Source: Rhabdochlamydiaceae bacterium (GTDB lineage: Bacteria; Chlamydiota; Chlamydiia; Chlamydiales; Rhabdochlamydiaceae). From it: a stretch of DNA of 64,000 nt. Location of the stretch: assembly GCA_047459655.1 (NCBI GenBank), contig JAJREF010000001.1, positions 544,001 to 608,000 of the forward strand, written 5' to 3'. How positions within the stretch are numbered: position 1 is the first letter of the stretch; every line of letters starts with the position of its first letter. The notes below the pieces were generated by a model that was not told where the DNA came from, ran no database searches, and worked only from the letters and a program-made list of their open reading frames with translations. The position numbers and the translations under genes are program-made. Shown piece after piece: positions 34,693-48,912 of the stretch.

Positions 34693-35849
34693 TTAACACC
34701 TTGACGATTTTTTCAGCTGCCTCTTCTAAACTATCTGCTGTTGTAATTTTAAGATCTGATTTTGCGAAGCATCGCTTTCCCCTCTTCAACGTTGGTTCCT
34801 TCCATACGCACAACTAAGGGGATTTTTACTGCTACTTGTGCTGCCGCTGCAAGGAGCCCTTCTGCAATGGTAACACAATTCATAATGCCACCAAAAATAT
34901 TGACAAGCACGGCCTTCACTTGAGGATCTGACACGAGGATTTTAAAGCCTGCCGCAATTTTATCCGCTGTCGCACTCCCCCCTACATCAAAGAAAGTTAG
35001 CGGGTGTTGCTCCACAGGATTTAATGAGGTCCATTGTTGCCATGGCAAGACCTGCCCCATTGACCATACAACCGATATTACCTTCTAGAGCAATGTAGGT
35101 CAGGTCGTGGTGTTTAGCTTCTACTTCATTATGCGATAGCTGGGTGGGGTCGTAAAAGCCTGCGATCTCTGGCTGGCGGTATATGGCATTATCATCCACG
35201 CTGAGCTTGGTATCGAGTGCCCACATTTTTTTGTCTTTAGACACGACAAGAGGATTGATCTCTAACAAAGAGGCATCTTTGGCAATGAAAGCTTTTGCAA
35301 CTGCTTTTGCGATCTGGATTCCTGCTTTTGCAACATCTCCTGTCCATCCCATAAATTTTGCAAAATAGACCAGATGGTAAGAATGGATGCTCCCGTCGAG
35401 TTCTATAGGGATTTTGAGCACTTTATCAGGGTATTTGGCTGCAATTTCTTCGATTTCCATCCCCCCTTCCGGTGAGGCAATCAAAATAGGAAGCGCTCTA
35501 CTCCGATCGATGACTGCTGCTAGGTAGTATTCTTTTTCAATATCAACTGGTTTTGAAATTAAAATTTTATGCGCAATCACCCCTGCTGGCCCCGTCTGAT
35601 TATTAACGAGTTTCATTCCTAAAAGCTGTATAGACATCGAGAGAATCTCTTCGGGAGTTTTTGCGAACTTAACGCCCCCTCCCTTCCTCTTCCACCTGCA
35701 TGGACTTGAATCTTGAGCACCGCTTCTTTCAGCCCCAATTTTTTTATAATATGTTCAACCTCTTGATGCTTGGTCGCAACCCCAAATTCAGGGACAGGTA
35801 TGCCATACTCTTTTAACACCTCTTTGGCTTGGTACTCGTGCGTATTCAC
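34676..35849 (-). CDS. sucC: Succinyl-CoA synthetase beta subunit (several frameshifts)
   Basis: [40 protein letters not shown]. Confidence 0.94.
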
Positions 35850-35921
35850 GTTTAAAACCCCAACTAGCTTATTTTCTTCTTTATGTGATAGAATCAACTA
35901 TATTATCAAGGGGTAGATTCG

Positions 35922-36828
35922 ATGTTCGGTTTTTTTAAAAAAGTTAAAGATGCGTTTCTTAAAACACGCTCTCTTCTAGGACAAAAATTCGAGCTCTTTT
36001 GGGAAACCCTGGAACGATGAAACCTTTGCAGAGCTAGAACAAACACTGTATGAAGCCGATCTAGGCACGCAGATAGCAGCAGACTTCACAGACTACCTCA
36101 AATCTTCTCTGCGCACCAAAGCAGAAACTCCCATTGAAGAGATCTTTGCTCTTCTCCGAGCCCGCGCGCTCGACATACTCAGCCTGCCACCTCGCACCAA
36201 TCCCACAGTAGGGCATCCTCTTGTCTTTTTAATTGTAGGGATCAATGGAAGCGGAAAAACAACATCAATTGCAAAATTAGCCCACCTCTTTACACAGGAA
36301 GGAAAAAAAGTGCTTCTCGCAGCAGGTGACACATTTAGAGCAGCGGCTATTGATCAACTCTCTCTTTGGGCAGAAAGACTCAAAATCGATATCGTCAAAT
36401 CAAAACCCGGCAGCGATCCATCTGCTGTTGCTTTTGATGCCCTGACTGCCGCTAAAGCGCGAAGTGCAGATATTGTATTGATTGATACGGCAGGAAGACT
36501 GCAAAATAAAACCGACCTCATGCAAGAGCTAGCTAAGATGAAACGCACATGCGACAAAGTGATACCTGGCGCTCCTCATGAAGTGATTTTAGTGCTCGAT
36601 GCAACAATCGGGCAAAATGCACTTGATCAAACCCTTGTTTTCCACCAGTTCACTCCTCTTACGGGCATTCTCCTTGCCAAACTAGATGGCTCTGCAAAAG
36701 GAGGCATTGTGCTTGCAATCTACAAAAAATGTGGGATTCCTATCCGATGGATAGGCCTTGGGGAGTCAGTGGAAGATCTCCTTCCCTTTGATCCCAAAGC
36801 CTACGTAGATGATCTATTTGATACTTGA
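35922..36828 (+). CDS. ftsY: SRP receptor FtsY (frameshift ~35990)
   Basis: GINGSGKTTSIAKL, AGDTFRAAA, DTAGRL, KLDGSAKGG. Confidence 0.95.
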
Positions 36829-37257
36829 CCCTTCTGCTATCGCTTTCACCGTTCCTTGGTCCACATGGAAGAGAACTTCTCCTTTAGGAACTGGTTTTGA
36901 TTTCTTCCACTTCTCTAAGTCAAAGCTCACATATGCCTGAATTCTTTCAGAGTCCTTGCTAATGAAACGAAAGTAACAAGTTCTATCGGACTTTACTTTA
37001 AAAGAATTATCTTGGGCTAAAGAATAAAAATCAGCCTTTAAAAAGAAACCTAAAGGAAATTCCTCTCCTTCATGAACAACAACAGCCAAGTTAGGAAGCC
37101 TTCCCCAAGATAATCGACGGGAAATGTCAGGTGTGACATCTTTCAATGCAATAATTTCAGCACATTCTTCAAGATCCAACACCGTTCTACTTGCTGGCAA
37201 CAATATAGGTGCTGCTAAAAGAAGTAGCACACCTATGTATTTAGATAAACTTTTCAT
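36814..37257 (-). CDS. Hypothetical exported protein
   Basis: Signal-peptide-like N-terminus, 147 aa. Confidence 0.65.
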   Translation of the reverse strand: MKSLSKYIGVLLLLAAPILLPASRTVLDLEECAEIIALKDVTPDISRRLSWGRLPNLAVVVHEGEEFPLGFFLKADFYSLAQDNSFKVKSDRTCYFRFISKDSERIQAYVSFDLEKWKKSKPVPKGEVLFHVDQGTVKAIAEGSSIK

Positions 37258-37333
37258 ATTTCATTGCTCCTACTGGAATGACTAATAAATCCTAACAAAT
37301 CTTTAATTTTCAGTACAGATATTCTTGCCATTT

Positions 37334-38798
37334 TGTTAGCCCAAAATGATAATGTCCTCTTTCTGCTAAATAGAAATGTCCTCTTTTGAAGATACTGACC
37401 TCATTCAAATTTGTTTTTGAAAGGAGGTGAGAGTGAAGGAGTTGATAACTATGAGCAGAAGAGAATTAGAAAGAGTTGAAATGATGCGCAATTTAAAAAG
37501 AAAAAGCTTTTCCCAGATAGAAGTGGGACAACGTCTGGGGATAACAGCCAGACAAGTTAGACGTTTAAAACAAGCTTACGAACTGCATGGAGAAGCTGGC
37601 TTAGTTTCCAAAAAGAGAGGGCAGCCTAGTAATCGCAGGTTAACAGAAGCTTTTAGATCACAAGTCCTAAAGCTGATTTCCGCTCATTATGCAGATTATG
37701 GCCCTACGTTAGCTCAAGAAAAGTTAGAGGAAAAACATAAGCTTACATTGTCTATAGAGACGCTTAGGAAATGGATGATAGAAGAAAATATTTGGTCTCC
37801 TAAAAAAGCTAAAAAGGCAGTTATCCACCCGATGAGACCAAGAAGGAGTCAGTATGGAGATCTTGTACAAATAGACGGATCTCCCCATGACTGGTTTGAA
37901 AATAGAGGACCCAGGTGTACCCTTTTAGTATACATTGATGATGCAACTAGTAGACTTGTCGAGCTGTTTTTTTCTCTTGGTGAAACAACAGAATCTTATT
38001 TTAAAGCGACAAAAAGGTATCTAAAGAGATGTGGAAAACCACTTGCTTTCTACAGCGATAAATATGGAGTTTTTAGAGTCAACCACAAAGAAGCTGTATC
38101 TGGTAATGGAGTGACAGAGTTTGGAAGAGTCCTAAAAAAACTCGATATCAAGCTCATTTGTGCCAATACACCCCAGGCAAAAGGAAGAGTTGAAAAAGCC
38201 AATCAAACATTGCAAGATCGTTTAGTCAAGGAGATGAGAGAAAAAATATTTCAACTATTGAAAAGGCAAATGAATGGATTCCCGAGTTCATAGAGAAGTA
38301 TAACAAAAAATTTGCCGTAGCTCCTAGAAACGCAGAAGATGCTCATCGAGCTTTAAAACCAGAAGAGAACTTAGAAGAGATTTTCAGTTACCAGGAAATC
38401 CGATGTCTCTCTAAAAACTTAAGCTTCCAATACAAAAACAGTCTTTATCAGATCGATAGTGAAAGATCATCATACACTCTAAGGAAAGCAAAAGTCATGC
38501 TTCTAGAAGATCTCAATGGACGGGTAAGAGTGCTGTATAAGGGCAAGGAGTTAAAATACAAGATATATGGGGAAGAACCGCAAGGGAAAATTGTGATGTC
38601 CAAAGAAATAGATTTAGCACTTAATTGGATAAACAAAAAACCTCAAAAACCTTCAAGGAGTCACCCGTGGAGATAAGAGAAGAGCTTTTGAAAATGGGTA
38701 TTTTAGATAAAAAACGGACAAGTCCAATGAAGATCAGAACATCCAAAGAGGACATTTCTAAATTGGAGAAAAGCGGACATTTCTATTTTGCGTTGACA
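37334..38798 (+). mobile_element. IS1202-family insertion sequence, copy 2, with 16-bp target duplication GATATTCTTGCCATTT
   Basis: Near-identical to 16749-18213; DR at 37318-37333 and 38799-38814. Confidence 0.93.
37427..38676 (+). CDS. DDE transposase, IS1202/ISNCY type (frameshift ~38245)
   Basis: Same protein as copy 1, broken at a different homopolymer. Confidence 0.92.
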
Positions 38799-38843
38799 GA
38801 TATTCTTGCCATTTCTAATTTTTTTTGAGATATTGAAAAACAT

Positions 38844-39320
38844 ATGCAAGCAACTTTCTTCCATTCTCCTTTTTCTAGAGAAACAGTAAGCGATGGCAAC
38901 AATCCTGCTCTTCTACTCCAATTCATTTTAAATGAACTGATAAAGGAAGAAACATTGATAAAAACAATCCTTCCTTTTTCCTCTCCCTTTGACTGGAAAA
39001 ACTCTGTAGGCTCTATGAATAAAGTCACAGAACACGCTCAACTCCTTGCATTCGCATTCCCTCTTTTTGAAAAAGAAGCAAAAGATTTTCAAGAAAGCCT
39101 GGACCTACCTTGCTTCAAGCTCATCGCTCTTCTAGAGCCTTTTATCTTAGCAGCAAAAGAAAATGTTTATTTGCTCTATTTCCTCATGCAACATAAGTCA
39201 AATGTGGCCGTATCCCAACTACTAACGAGAATCCCTAAAGAAAATATAGAAAAAATGCAGTCCGTAGTTGCGACTAAATATCGGAAAAAGGGATTATCTC
39301 CACCGCCATGGATATATTAG
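38844..39320 (+). CDS. Chlamydial hypothetical protein
   Basis: 158-aa ORF, first gene of the priA operon. Confidence 0.7.
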   Translation: MQATFFHSPFSRETVSDGNNPALLLQFILNELIKEETLIKTILPFSSPFDWKNSVGSMNKVTEHAQLLAFAFPLFEKEAKDFQESLDLPCFKLIALLEPFILAAKENVYLLYFLMQHKSNVAVSQLLTRIPKENIEKMQSVVATKYRKKGLSPPPWIY

Positions 39321-39970
39321 TTAGCGAAACGCTCAAGTTTATCAAACAGGAATTTTCTTCTAATGATACAATCGCTATTAACCCTGAAGATTTGGCTTAT
39401 TTTCATCAAGAAAGAGTGCCTCTTATGACTGAAAAACCTCTTACTGCATTTACCTTGGAGCCGGTGGCTAAACCTAAAAAAGAAGAGATGGAAGAAATCA
39501 GGACTTTGGTCAAAAGCGTAGCACCTCATATCCCTCTTGCAGTGGATATTCCCGATGATAGCCGGGCCAAAAAAATTTCCAATCTATGGGAAGAGCATCT
39601 TAACACAGCTGAAGTGATTCTCTTATCGTACGGTCAAACAGGAGATGAACTGAAATTTTTACAAAATGTTACAGGAGCCCTGACCAACCTCCTTTTACCC
39701 ACAAAACTTATAGATGCAACCCGCTTCGAAAAAGAAAATAAGTGGCCCATCTTTTTCTCTTCTTTTCACCTAAAACTCATCCTTGCACCAGAGATGCACC
39801 TATGGAAAAAAACAACTCTCTCTACATTTTATAAAGAAAATCCCGTAAGTAGCCTACACTTTCTTGAAAAAACACCCCTAATTCTACTCTCTCCTATTTC
39901 CCAATATTTAAAAAATACAAACCTAAAAAAACAACTATGGAAGACTATCGTTTCGCATCTGTCATCTTAG
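39308..39970 (+). CDS. Chlamydial conserved hypothetical protein upstream of priA
   Basis: 220 aa, IPDDSRAKKI, LKKQLWK end; overlaps priA start. Confidence 0.75.
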   Translation: MDILVSETLKFIKQEFSSNDTIAINPEDLAYFHQERVPLMTEKPLTAFTLEPVAKPKKEEMEEIRTLVKSVAPHIPLAVDIPDDSRAKKISNLWEEHLNTAEVILLSYGQTGDELKFLQNVTGALTNLLLPTKLIDATRFEKENKWPIFFSSFHLKLILAPEMHLWKKTTLSTFYKENPVSSLHFLEKTPLILLSPISQYLKNTNLKKQLWKTIVSHLSS

Positions 39971-42151
39971 ATGTCGGAATCGACAAACTTCTCGATTACA
40001 AAATTCCTGAGCATCTGTCGCAAGAGATTAAACCTGGTATGCGCATCACAGTCCCAGTAAAAGGGCACTTGCGAGAAGGCACCATCTTCGAGCTCAAGCA
40101 AACAACCCCTTTTGCAAAAGTGAAAGAGATTGCAGAGATCACCTCATCGGGCGCTCTTGTCTCAGAAGAACTTTTCCGACTTGTCCGTTGGGTCTCTAGA
40201 TATTATTGCGCCCCTCTTACAAAAATCATGAAGTTCATCCTTCCTCCTTCTGTAAGAAAGGGGATGGAAGAAAAAAGGCAACTGCAAGTTACATCTCTAC
40301 TTTCTAAAAATGCCTTGCTTGCACTCTGCCAAGAAAAGAGGCAAACATTCCCTTCCCAAGCAGCCATTTTGGACGTGCTTCTCATGCGTCCAAAGGGAGT
40401 TCTTCTTTCAGAACTCCTAGAAAAAGCGCAAACCTCAAGAAGTCCTGTCGACTCTCTTGCAAAAGCAAATGTGCTCTCTTTAAATCTCATTGAGATTGAC
40501 CGCTCTCCCCTCCTGGATCAAGAATTTTTTCAGACAAAGCCAAAAAAATTAAACGCAGAGCAAACATCCGCTCTTCTACACATCTCCAATTCGCTCCAAG
40601 AGACTCGCTTTGAAACCCATCTCCTCCATGGTATTACCGGCAGTGGAAAAACAGAAGTCTACCTTCAAGCAATTGCTCTTGCTCTAGCGCAAGGGAAAAG
40701 CGCTCTTTTTCTTGTCCCTGAAATAGCACTCACCTCTCAAACAGTCGAGCGGTTGAAAAGCAGATTTGAAAGAACAATTGCGATCTTACACCATAGATTG
40801 AGTGACGGGGAAAGACGAGATGTATGGCATAAAATCCACAAAAAAGAAATCATGCTTGTTGTAGGGGCCCGATCTGCGATCTTCAGTCCCCTGCATAACT
40901 TAGGGCTCATTATTGTCGATGAAGAGCACGACTCTTCCTATAAACAAACCGATGAAATGCCCTGCTACCACGGAAGAGATACAGCCATCATGCGTGCTAA
41001 GCTCTCCTCTGCCACCGTCATATTAGGAAGCGCAACTCCAAGTCTTGAAAGTTACTATAATGCTCTTTCAGGGAAATACCGCTTAAGTAAACTCACAACA
41101 CGCCCAGGCGGTGCCACACTTCCTACCGTCTCTATTGTTGATATGCGCCGAGAAAAAGCAAAAGGGCTCAATCTCTTTTCAGATAAACTCTTATCTGAAA
41201 TAGAAAAGAGAGTCAAAATAGGAGAACAAACCCTTCTCTTTCTCAATCGCAGAGGCTTTCACACCTCCCAATTGTGCACAGCGTGTGGCCACAAAATAGA
41301 GTGCCCCCACTGCGCCCTTTCTCTCACATTTCATAAAGGGGAAAACTCCCTTTCGTGCCACCTTTGCAACTATGAAATCACACCTCCGCCTAAAACCTGT
41401 CCCAAGTGTCATCATGCAGATAGTTTAAAATATAAGGGAGCAGGGACAGAACAGGTAGAAGAGCCCTCCATGCCATATTCCCCGACATCCGTACACTGAG
41501 ACTCGACGCAGATACAACACGTCACAAAGGAAGCCACGAAAAACTCTTCAAACAATTTCGTGCAGGAAAAGCGGACCTCCTCATCGGCACGCAAATGATT
41601 GCCAAAGGTCTCCACTTCCCTTCCGTTACATTGGTGGGTGTATTAAACATCGATGCCACCTTACAAATCCCCGATTTTCGCTCATCAGAACAAGTCTTCC
41701 AACTCATCACACAGGTCTCAGGAAGATCAGGACGAGATGCTTTAGCCGGCGAGGTAATCATCCAAACACATATTCCAGATAACTCCGTCATTTTGCACGC
41801 CTCTAAACAAGATTATGAGTCCTTTTATCAAGAAGAAATTGCCACGAGAAAATTTTTTAATTATCCCCCTTTTTCCCACCTCATTAAGCTCACCTTTGCA
41901 GCCAAATCTTCTGCAAGAGTAGAGGCTTATGCGAAAGAGTTAAGAGCCTATCTCCTGGGAAAGCTACCCCCTCTTTTGCACTCCATCCCATTATCCCTTG
42001 CGGTTATGCCAAGATAAAAGATTTATTCCGCTTTCAACTCATCATCAATGCCCCTCTTACAAGACCTGTCACGGAAATTCTTGAAACAATCACTGTTCCA
42101 TCTTTCCTAAGACTCACCATTGATATTGATCCTCTCTCGACTTATTTCTAA
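39937..42151 (+). CDS. priA: Primosomal protein N' (frameshifts ~41460 and ~41985)
   Basis: GITGSGKTEVY, VPEIALT, DEEHD, SATPS, CxxC clusters, GTQMIAKG, QVSGRSGR, IDIDP end. Confidence 0.96.
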
Positions 42152-42175
42152 TGATCTTCTACAATAATAATAACT

Positions 42176-45238
<3,063 letters not shown>

Positions 45239-45242
45239 AATC

Positions 45243-45405
45243 GAGACCTCTGCACAACCCTATAAAATCGCTAAAATCGTTCTTTTTCTGCAGATTTTAT
45301 TTTTCATATCTCGCCTACTCCGTAGAGTATGTCTTCGATATAAAATCAAAAATCTGCAAAAAAATATTCGATTTTTTCGCTTCACCAGAGTTATGCAGAG
45401 ATCTC
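45243..45405 (-). mobile_element. MITE family B (163 bp)
   Basis: Reverse-orientation homologue of 14109-14271; GAGACCTCTGCACAAC...GTTATGCAGAGATCTC. Confidence 0.85.
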
Positions 45406-45496
45406 TCAAATGTGTCTTTATTTTTTGCAAATGGTATCAGTGCGAATTGAGCTTTTTTCTTGTACGATTTTTATCTGCACAGCGACTTGGAAAGGG

Positions 45497-45654
45497 GCCC
45501 CGTAACTTCTTTGCGGGGAAGAACGCGCAAGCAGCCGATAGCCGCTACAGCACAGCAAAAATTTCTCCGAACGAGAGAGGACAGTGCTCTGCACGGACTC
45601 TCACGCAGAGAAAAATTTTGGCAAAGCTGTAGTTAGGCGCAGGGGACGCGGGGC
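45497..45654 (+). ncRNA. Candidate structured RNA or palindromic element
   Basis: Nested stems GCCCCG/CGGGGC, TTCTTTGCG/CGCAGGGGA, GCTACAGC/GCTGTAGT, CAAAAATTTCTC/GAGAAAAATTTTG; GC-rich intergenic tract. Confidence 0.4.
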
Positions 45655-45696
45655 GCGTAGTGCCCGACATCTATATTTTCCTCTTATATTCGGTTA

Positions 45697-45732
45697 AAAA
45701 AGATCCAGTTCCTTAAGGAACTGGATCTTTTT
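45697..45732. terminator. Bidirectional intrinsic terminator (perfect 36-bp palindrome)
   Basis: AAAAAGATCCAGTTCCTTAAGGAACTGGATCTTTTT, downstream of the porin gene. Confidence 0.8.
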
Positions 45733-45755
45733 GCTGTGAAGCGAGATAGAGGTCT

Positions 45756-46934
45756 TTAGAAATCCCATCTTCCGGAAATGGTTAAACCATTGAGGTAGAG
45801 ATTTCCGGGGGAAGCATCCACATTAGAGATGTTGTTCATCATCCATGTGATCATGTTTTGATTCCAAAATACTTGGAAATCATAAGTAGCTGTGAAGTCT
45901 AAGAAATACTTCTTATTACCCAAATAACTTCCCCATCCAAAACCCAATTTACCATCTGCATCCCCTCTTAAGTAGTTCTTACTACCAAAGCTAATAGAGT
46001 AAGCAGGAGAAGCGGTAGGCTCTTTGTAACTGAGGGTTGAATAATGTGTATAGATAAGGCTTCCAGAAGCACTTCCAATCAACCTAAAACCTTCTCCTAA
46101 AAGAAAGTTCAGATCAAAACCAAACCGTGGACCAATCCCCCAGGAAGAAGTTTTCCAAGTAGGTTGGGAAGTAGCGCCTAAAGTCGTTTGGCCAGAGATC
46201 TTATATCTCTGCGAAAGCCATTGTGTACGTAGACCAAAGAAAGGATTAACTGTGAGCTTTCTTCCTTGATAGAAAGGTCTGCCCATTTCTACATCTAAAA
46301 TATCGATTCCAAAACTCCAGCGATGATCACTATTTGTAAATACAACACCACCCCCGCCACCACCAATCAACACGAACGGCGTACTAAGGAAAGGGAAACT
46401 CCCTTGGTGTCTATTCAAAGCATGGTGAAACCATGTATAATTTGCAGCCACCACCCAATCATCATTGCGGGTGTTCGCCCCGATACCCACCTTAAAGCCC
46501 GACTTGTATGCATCTTTCATAAACAGCGTATCGTTAAAACTTCCCGCAGGACTGCTGTAAGTAGATCCTATTCTCATTCCATCTTGCTGCACATCCCAAA
46601 GAGTGTAAGCCGCCGTTACAAATATATCACAGCATCCATTCACGTCTATTTCGGCTGGATGGTTGTAGCCCGCAGGAATTTTATCCACTGGCTGCTGAGA
46701 ATTCACAAGCTCTTGATAAGGACCCACATGTCCTTCTGCTACGTAATTATCTTGCAGAGTGTTGTTCACAAGATTACGATACTCATCTGAATTAACTTGC
46801 GCAGCGCAGCTTCCTCCCTCGCAATTACCACTTTTGTTGATTAACTCAACAGATTTTTTAGAAGAATCTCCATAGAGACCCGCTATAAAAAGAGATGCTG
46901 CTGTAAGGGCTACAACCAATGTTTTTTCTTTCAT
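45756..46934 (-). CDS. Outer-membrane beta-barrel porin, MOMP-like/Lpg1974 family
   Basis: Signal peptide, GFKVGIG, PFFGLR, WGIGPRFG, GNLYLNGLTISGRWDF with terminal Phe. Confidence 0.85.
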   Translation of the reverse strand: MKEKTLVVALTAASLFIAGLYGDSSKKSVELINKSGNCEGGSCAAQVNSDEYRNLVNNTLQDNYVAEGHVGPYQELVNSQQPVDKIPAGYNHPAEIDVNGCCDIFVTAAYTLWDVQQDGMRIGSTYSSPAGSFNDTLFMKDAYKSGFKVGIGANTRNDDWVVAANYTWFHHALNRHQGSFPFLSTPFVLIGGGGGGVVFTNSDHRWSFGIDILDVEMGRPFYQGRKLTVNPFFGLRTQWLSQRYKISGQTTLGATSQPTWKTSSWGIGPRFGFDLNFLLGEGFRLIGSASGSLIYTHYSTLSYKEPTASPAYSISFGSKNYLRGDADGKLGFGWGSYLGNKKYFLDFTATYDFQVFWNQNMITWMMNNISNVDASPGNLYLNGLTISGRWDF

Positions 46935-47039
46935 ATGAATACTTCCTCTGTAAGTAAATGGGCAAAAATTTTATTGCCATACCTCTCCTGATATCAAACA
47001 CCCGAATTAATTCAAAACATTATTATTCAAAAACTCCTA

Positions 47040-47202
47040 GAGACCTCTTCATAACTCTGGGTAAAGCGAAAAAATCGAAGATTTTTTGCAGATTTTTGTT
47101 TTTACATCGAAGACATAATCTGTAGGGTAGGCGAGATGTGAAAATAAACATCTGCAGAAAAAGCACGATTTGAGTGATTTACCAGAGTTATGCAGAAGTC
47201 TC
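47040..47202 (+). mobile_element. MITE family B (163 bp) with 5-bp duplication TCCTA
   Basis: TCCTA at 47035-47039 and 47203-47207; TIR GAGACCTCTTCATAACTCTGG / CCAGAGTTATGCAGAAGTCTC. Confidence 0.88.
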
Positions 47203-47420
47203 TCCTAGATATTCACCTGCCTACTTCTTCAGCAAGTGAAAAAACAAGACCTATATACAACACGCAAAAAGAAGGGCCCATGAACTTTTTGAAAGCTATT
47301 GACAAATCGAATTGCAAAAAATGGGAACTATTGAATGAAATACAACCCAATTTGCGCAATTCAATTTTCAATGCTTTGAAATAGTGCATACGCCCTTCTT
47401 TTTACGTAAAGCTGAATTTA

Positions 47421-47582
47421 GGAACCTCTGGATAAGTCATTCGTCGAATCTTGTTGCCAATTTTTGCGAATACTAGATTTTTCGAAATCGCTAGCATTCT
47501 GCATGTTAGCTGCGTTTTCCAAAATCGTCATCTTCGAAAAATTGATCAGCAATCTCCGACAAAGCACTTGTCCAGAAGTTCC
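47421..47582 (-). mobile_element. MITE family A (162 bp)
   Basis: GGAACCTCTGGATAAGT...ACTTGTCCAGAAGTTCC; flanks TTTA/TTAA. Confidence 0.9.
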
Positions 47583-47613
47583 TTAAGCAATTTAACAGGG
47601 TCATTTATACTAA

Positions 47614-48462
47614 CTAAAAGGAAATGAATATGCCTTGTTTAGATGGTTTTACAATCCGTTCATTCGGCAGAGCAACGTATAAATCGGTTGCAAAATGAGA
47701 TAAAATAGCAGAAGATAGCCCTATATTTTCAGCCAAATAAGCCTCTTCCATGCCAGTTATTGCGAGCGCAACCAAATCACCAAAAGTCCTCCTTTCGTTA
47801 ACTCCAATATGTGCAAAAGAAAATATAATTGATCTTATTCCCATTTGCAAAGCTTTACAAATAGGTGCATCAATGGACTTGGAGAATCTTGTAAAGGTTA
47901 ATTGAAGTACTAAAGAGGGCAATTGCCGTAGAAAAATCTCACTTAACACCTTAAAGTAACATTCTTCCACTATAGCAGGAACAAATGAGGCGTTATATAC
48001 ACGCCCAATGTAATAATCTGTACTTAAACTGATTTTCTTAGACGCGTACAAGACTGGGCAGAGAAGATATCCAAAGATTTTTTTTTCTAAAGGGGTATAA
48101 TTTTTTTTCGGAGTTTTTTTAGCTAGAGCCGTAAAATATTTACTGTTAGATAAAATAGTCGAAATCAAGATAATTATCCAAGCAGGATGCTTTTTCATAA
48201 AATGAAAAAGGCTTTCATGAGGATGTTTAAAAAAATAGGCTATATTTATAACTGAAAAAAGCGAATGTAATATTCTTCTAACATCAGTAATGTTACTCGT
48301 AGACAAGCCTGTTATTTTACTAATCTGCTGCGAAACAGACCGCATCTTATCGAGCACCAATTGAGTAAGTGTAAGAGCAGCGGCTGTTTTTGAAAAACGC
48401 AAAACCCCTTCTTGAGCAGGAATTAATCTTGTTAAGAAATCTATTTTTTCCATTTTAAACAT
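47614..48462 (-). CDS. CPBP/CAAX intramembrane protease (Abi family)
   Basis: AIVEECYFK (EExxxR-like), FSFAH, SHFATD motifs; AT-rich. Confidence 0.75.
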   Translation of the reverse strand: MFKMEKIDFLTRLIPAQEGVLRFSKTAAALTLTQLVLDKMRSVSQQISKITGLSTSNITDVRRILHSLFSVINIAYFFKHPHESLFHFMKKHPAWIIILISTILSNSKYFTALAKKTPKKNYTPLEKKIFGYLLCPVLYASKKISLSTDYYIGRVYNASFVPAIVEECYFKVLSEIFLRQLPSLVLQLTFTRFSKSIDAPICKALQMGIRSIIFSFAHIGVNERRTFGDLVALAITGMEEAYLAENIGLSSAILSHFATDLYVALPNERIVKPSKQGIFISF

Positions 48463-48571
48463 ACCATATTAATTAATATGAATATTATATATTAATAAAG
48501 TATTTTATACAAATTTTTCCCATAATAAACCCTGGATTATGCTTACTTAAAATAATTTTTAATACAAATTG

Positions 48572-48734
48572 GGAGACTATGGACAAGTGCTTTGTCGGAG
48601 ATTGCTGATCAATTTTTCGAAGACAACGATTTTGGAGAGCGCAGCTAACATGCAGAATGTTAGCGAGTTTGAAAAATCTAGTATTCGCAAAAATTGATCA
48701 GCAATCTCCGACAAAGCACTTGTCCAGAAGTTCC
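48572..48734. mobile_element. MITE family A variant with two 'left' arms (38-bp perfect IR)
   Basis: 48580-48617 is the exact reverse complement of 48689-48726. Confidence 0.88.
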
Positions 48735-48912
48735 TTAAGCAAGGCTTCGCTAAAGAAGATCTATACCCAAACCTAGCTTGGCTAGCTGACAACCAAGAGG
48801 CCATTGAGAACAAGTTTTTCTTTAATAAAAAAAAAGAACCCATCTCGATAAATTTTTATTGAATCTAATAAATCAATTTATTAGAAGAGCATTTTAAGGA
48901 GATTAATTTTCG

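Noticed and set aside
16749..38798. Composite transposon formed by the two IS copies
   Set aside because: Each copy has its own intact, different target duplication, which shows independent insertions; the enclosed DNA includes core genes and tRNAs
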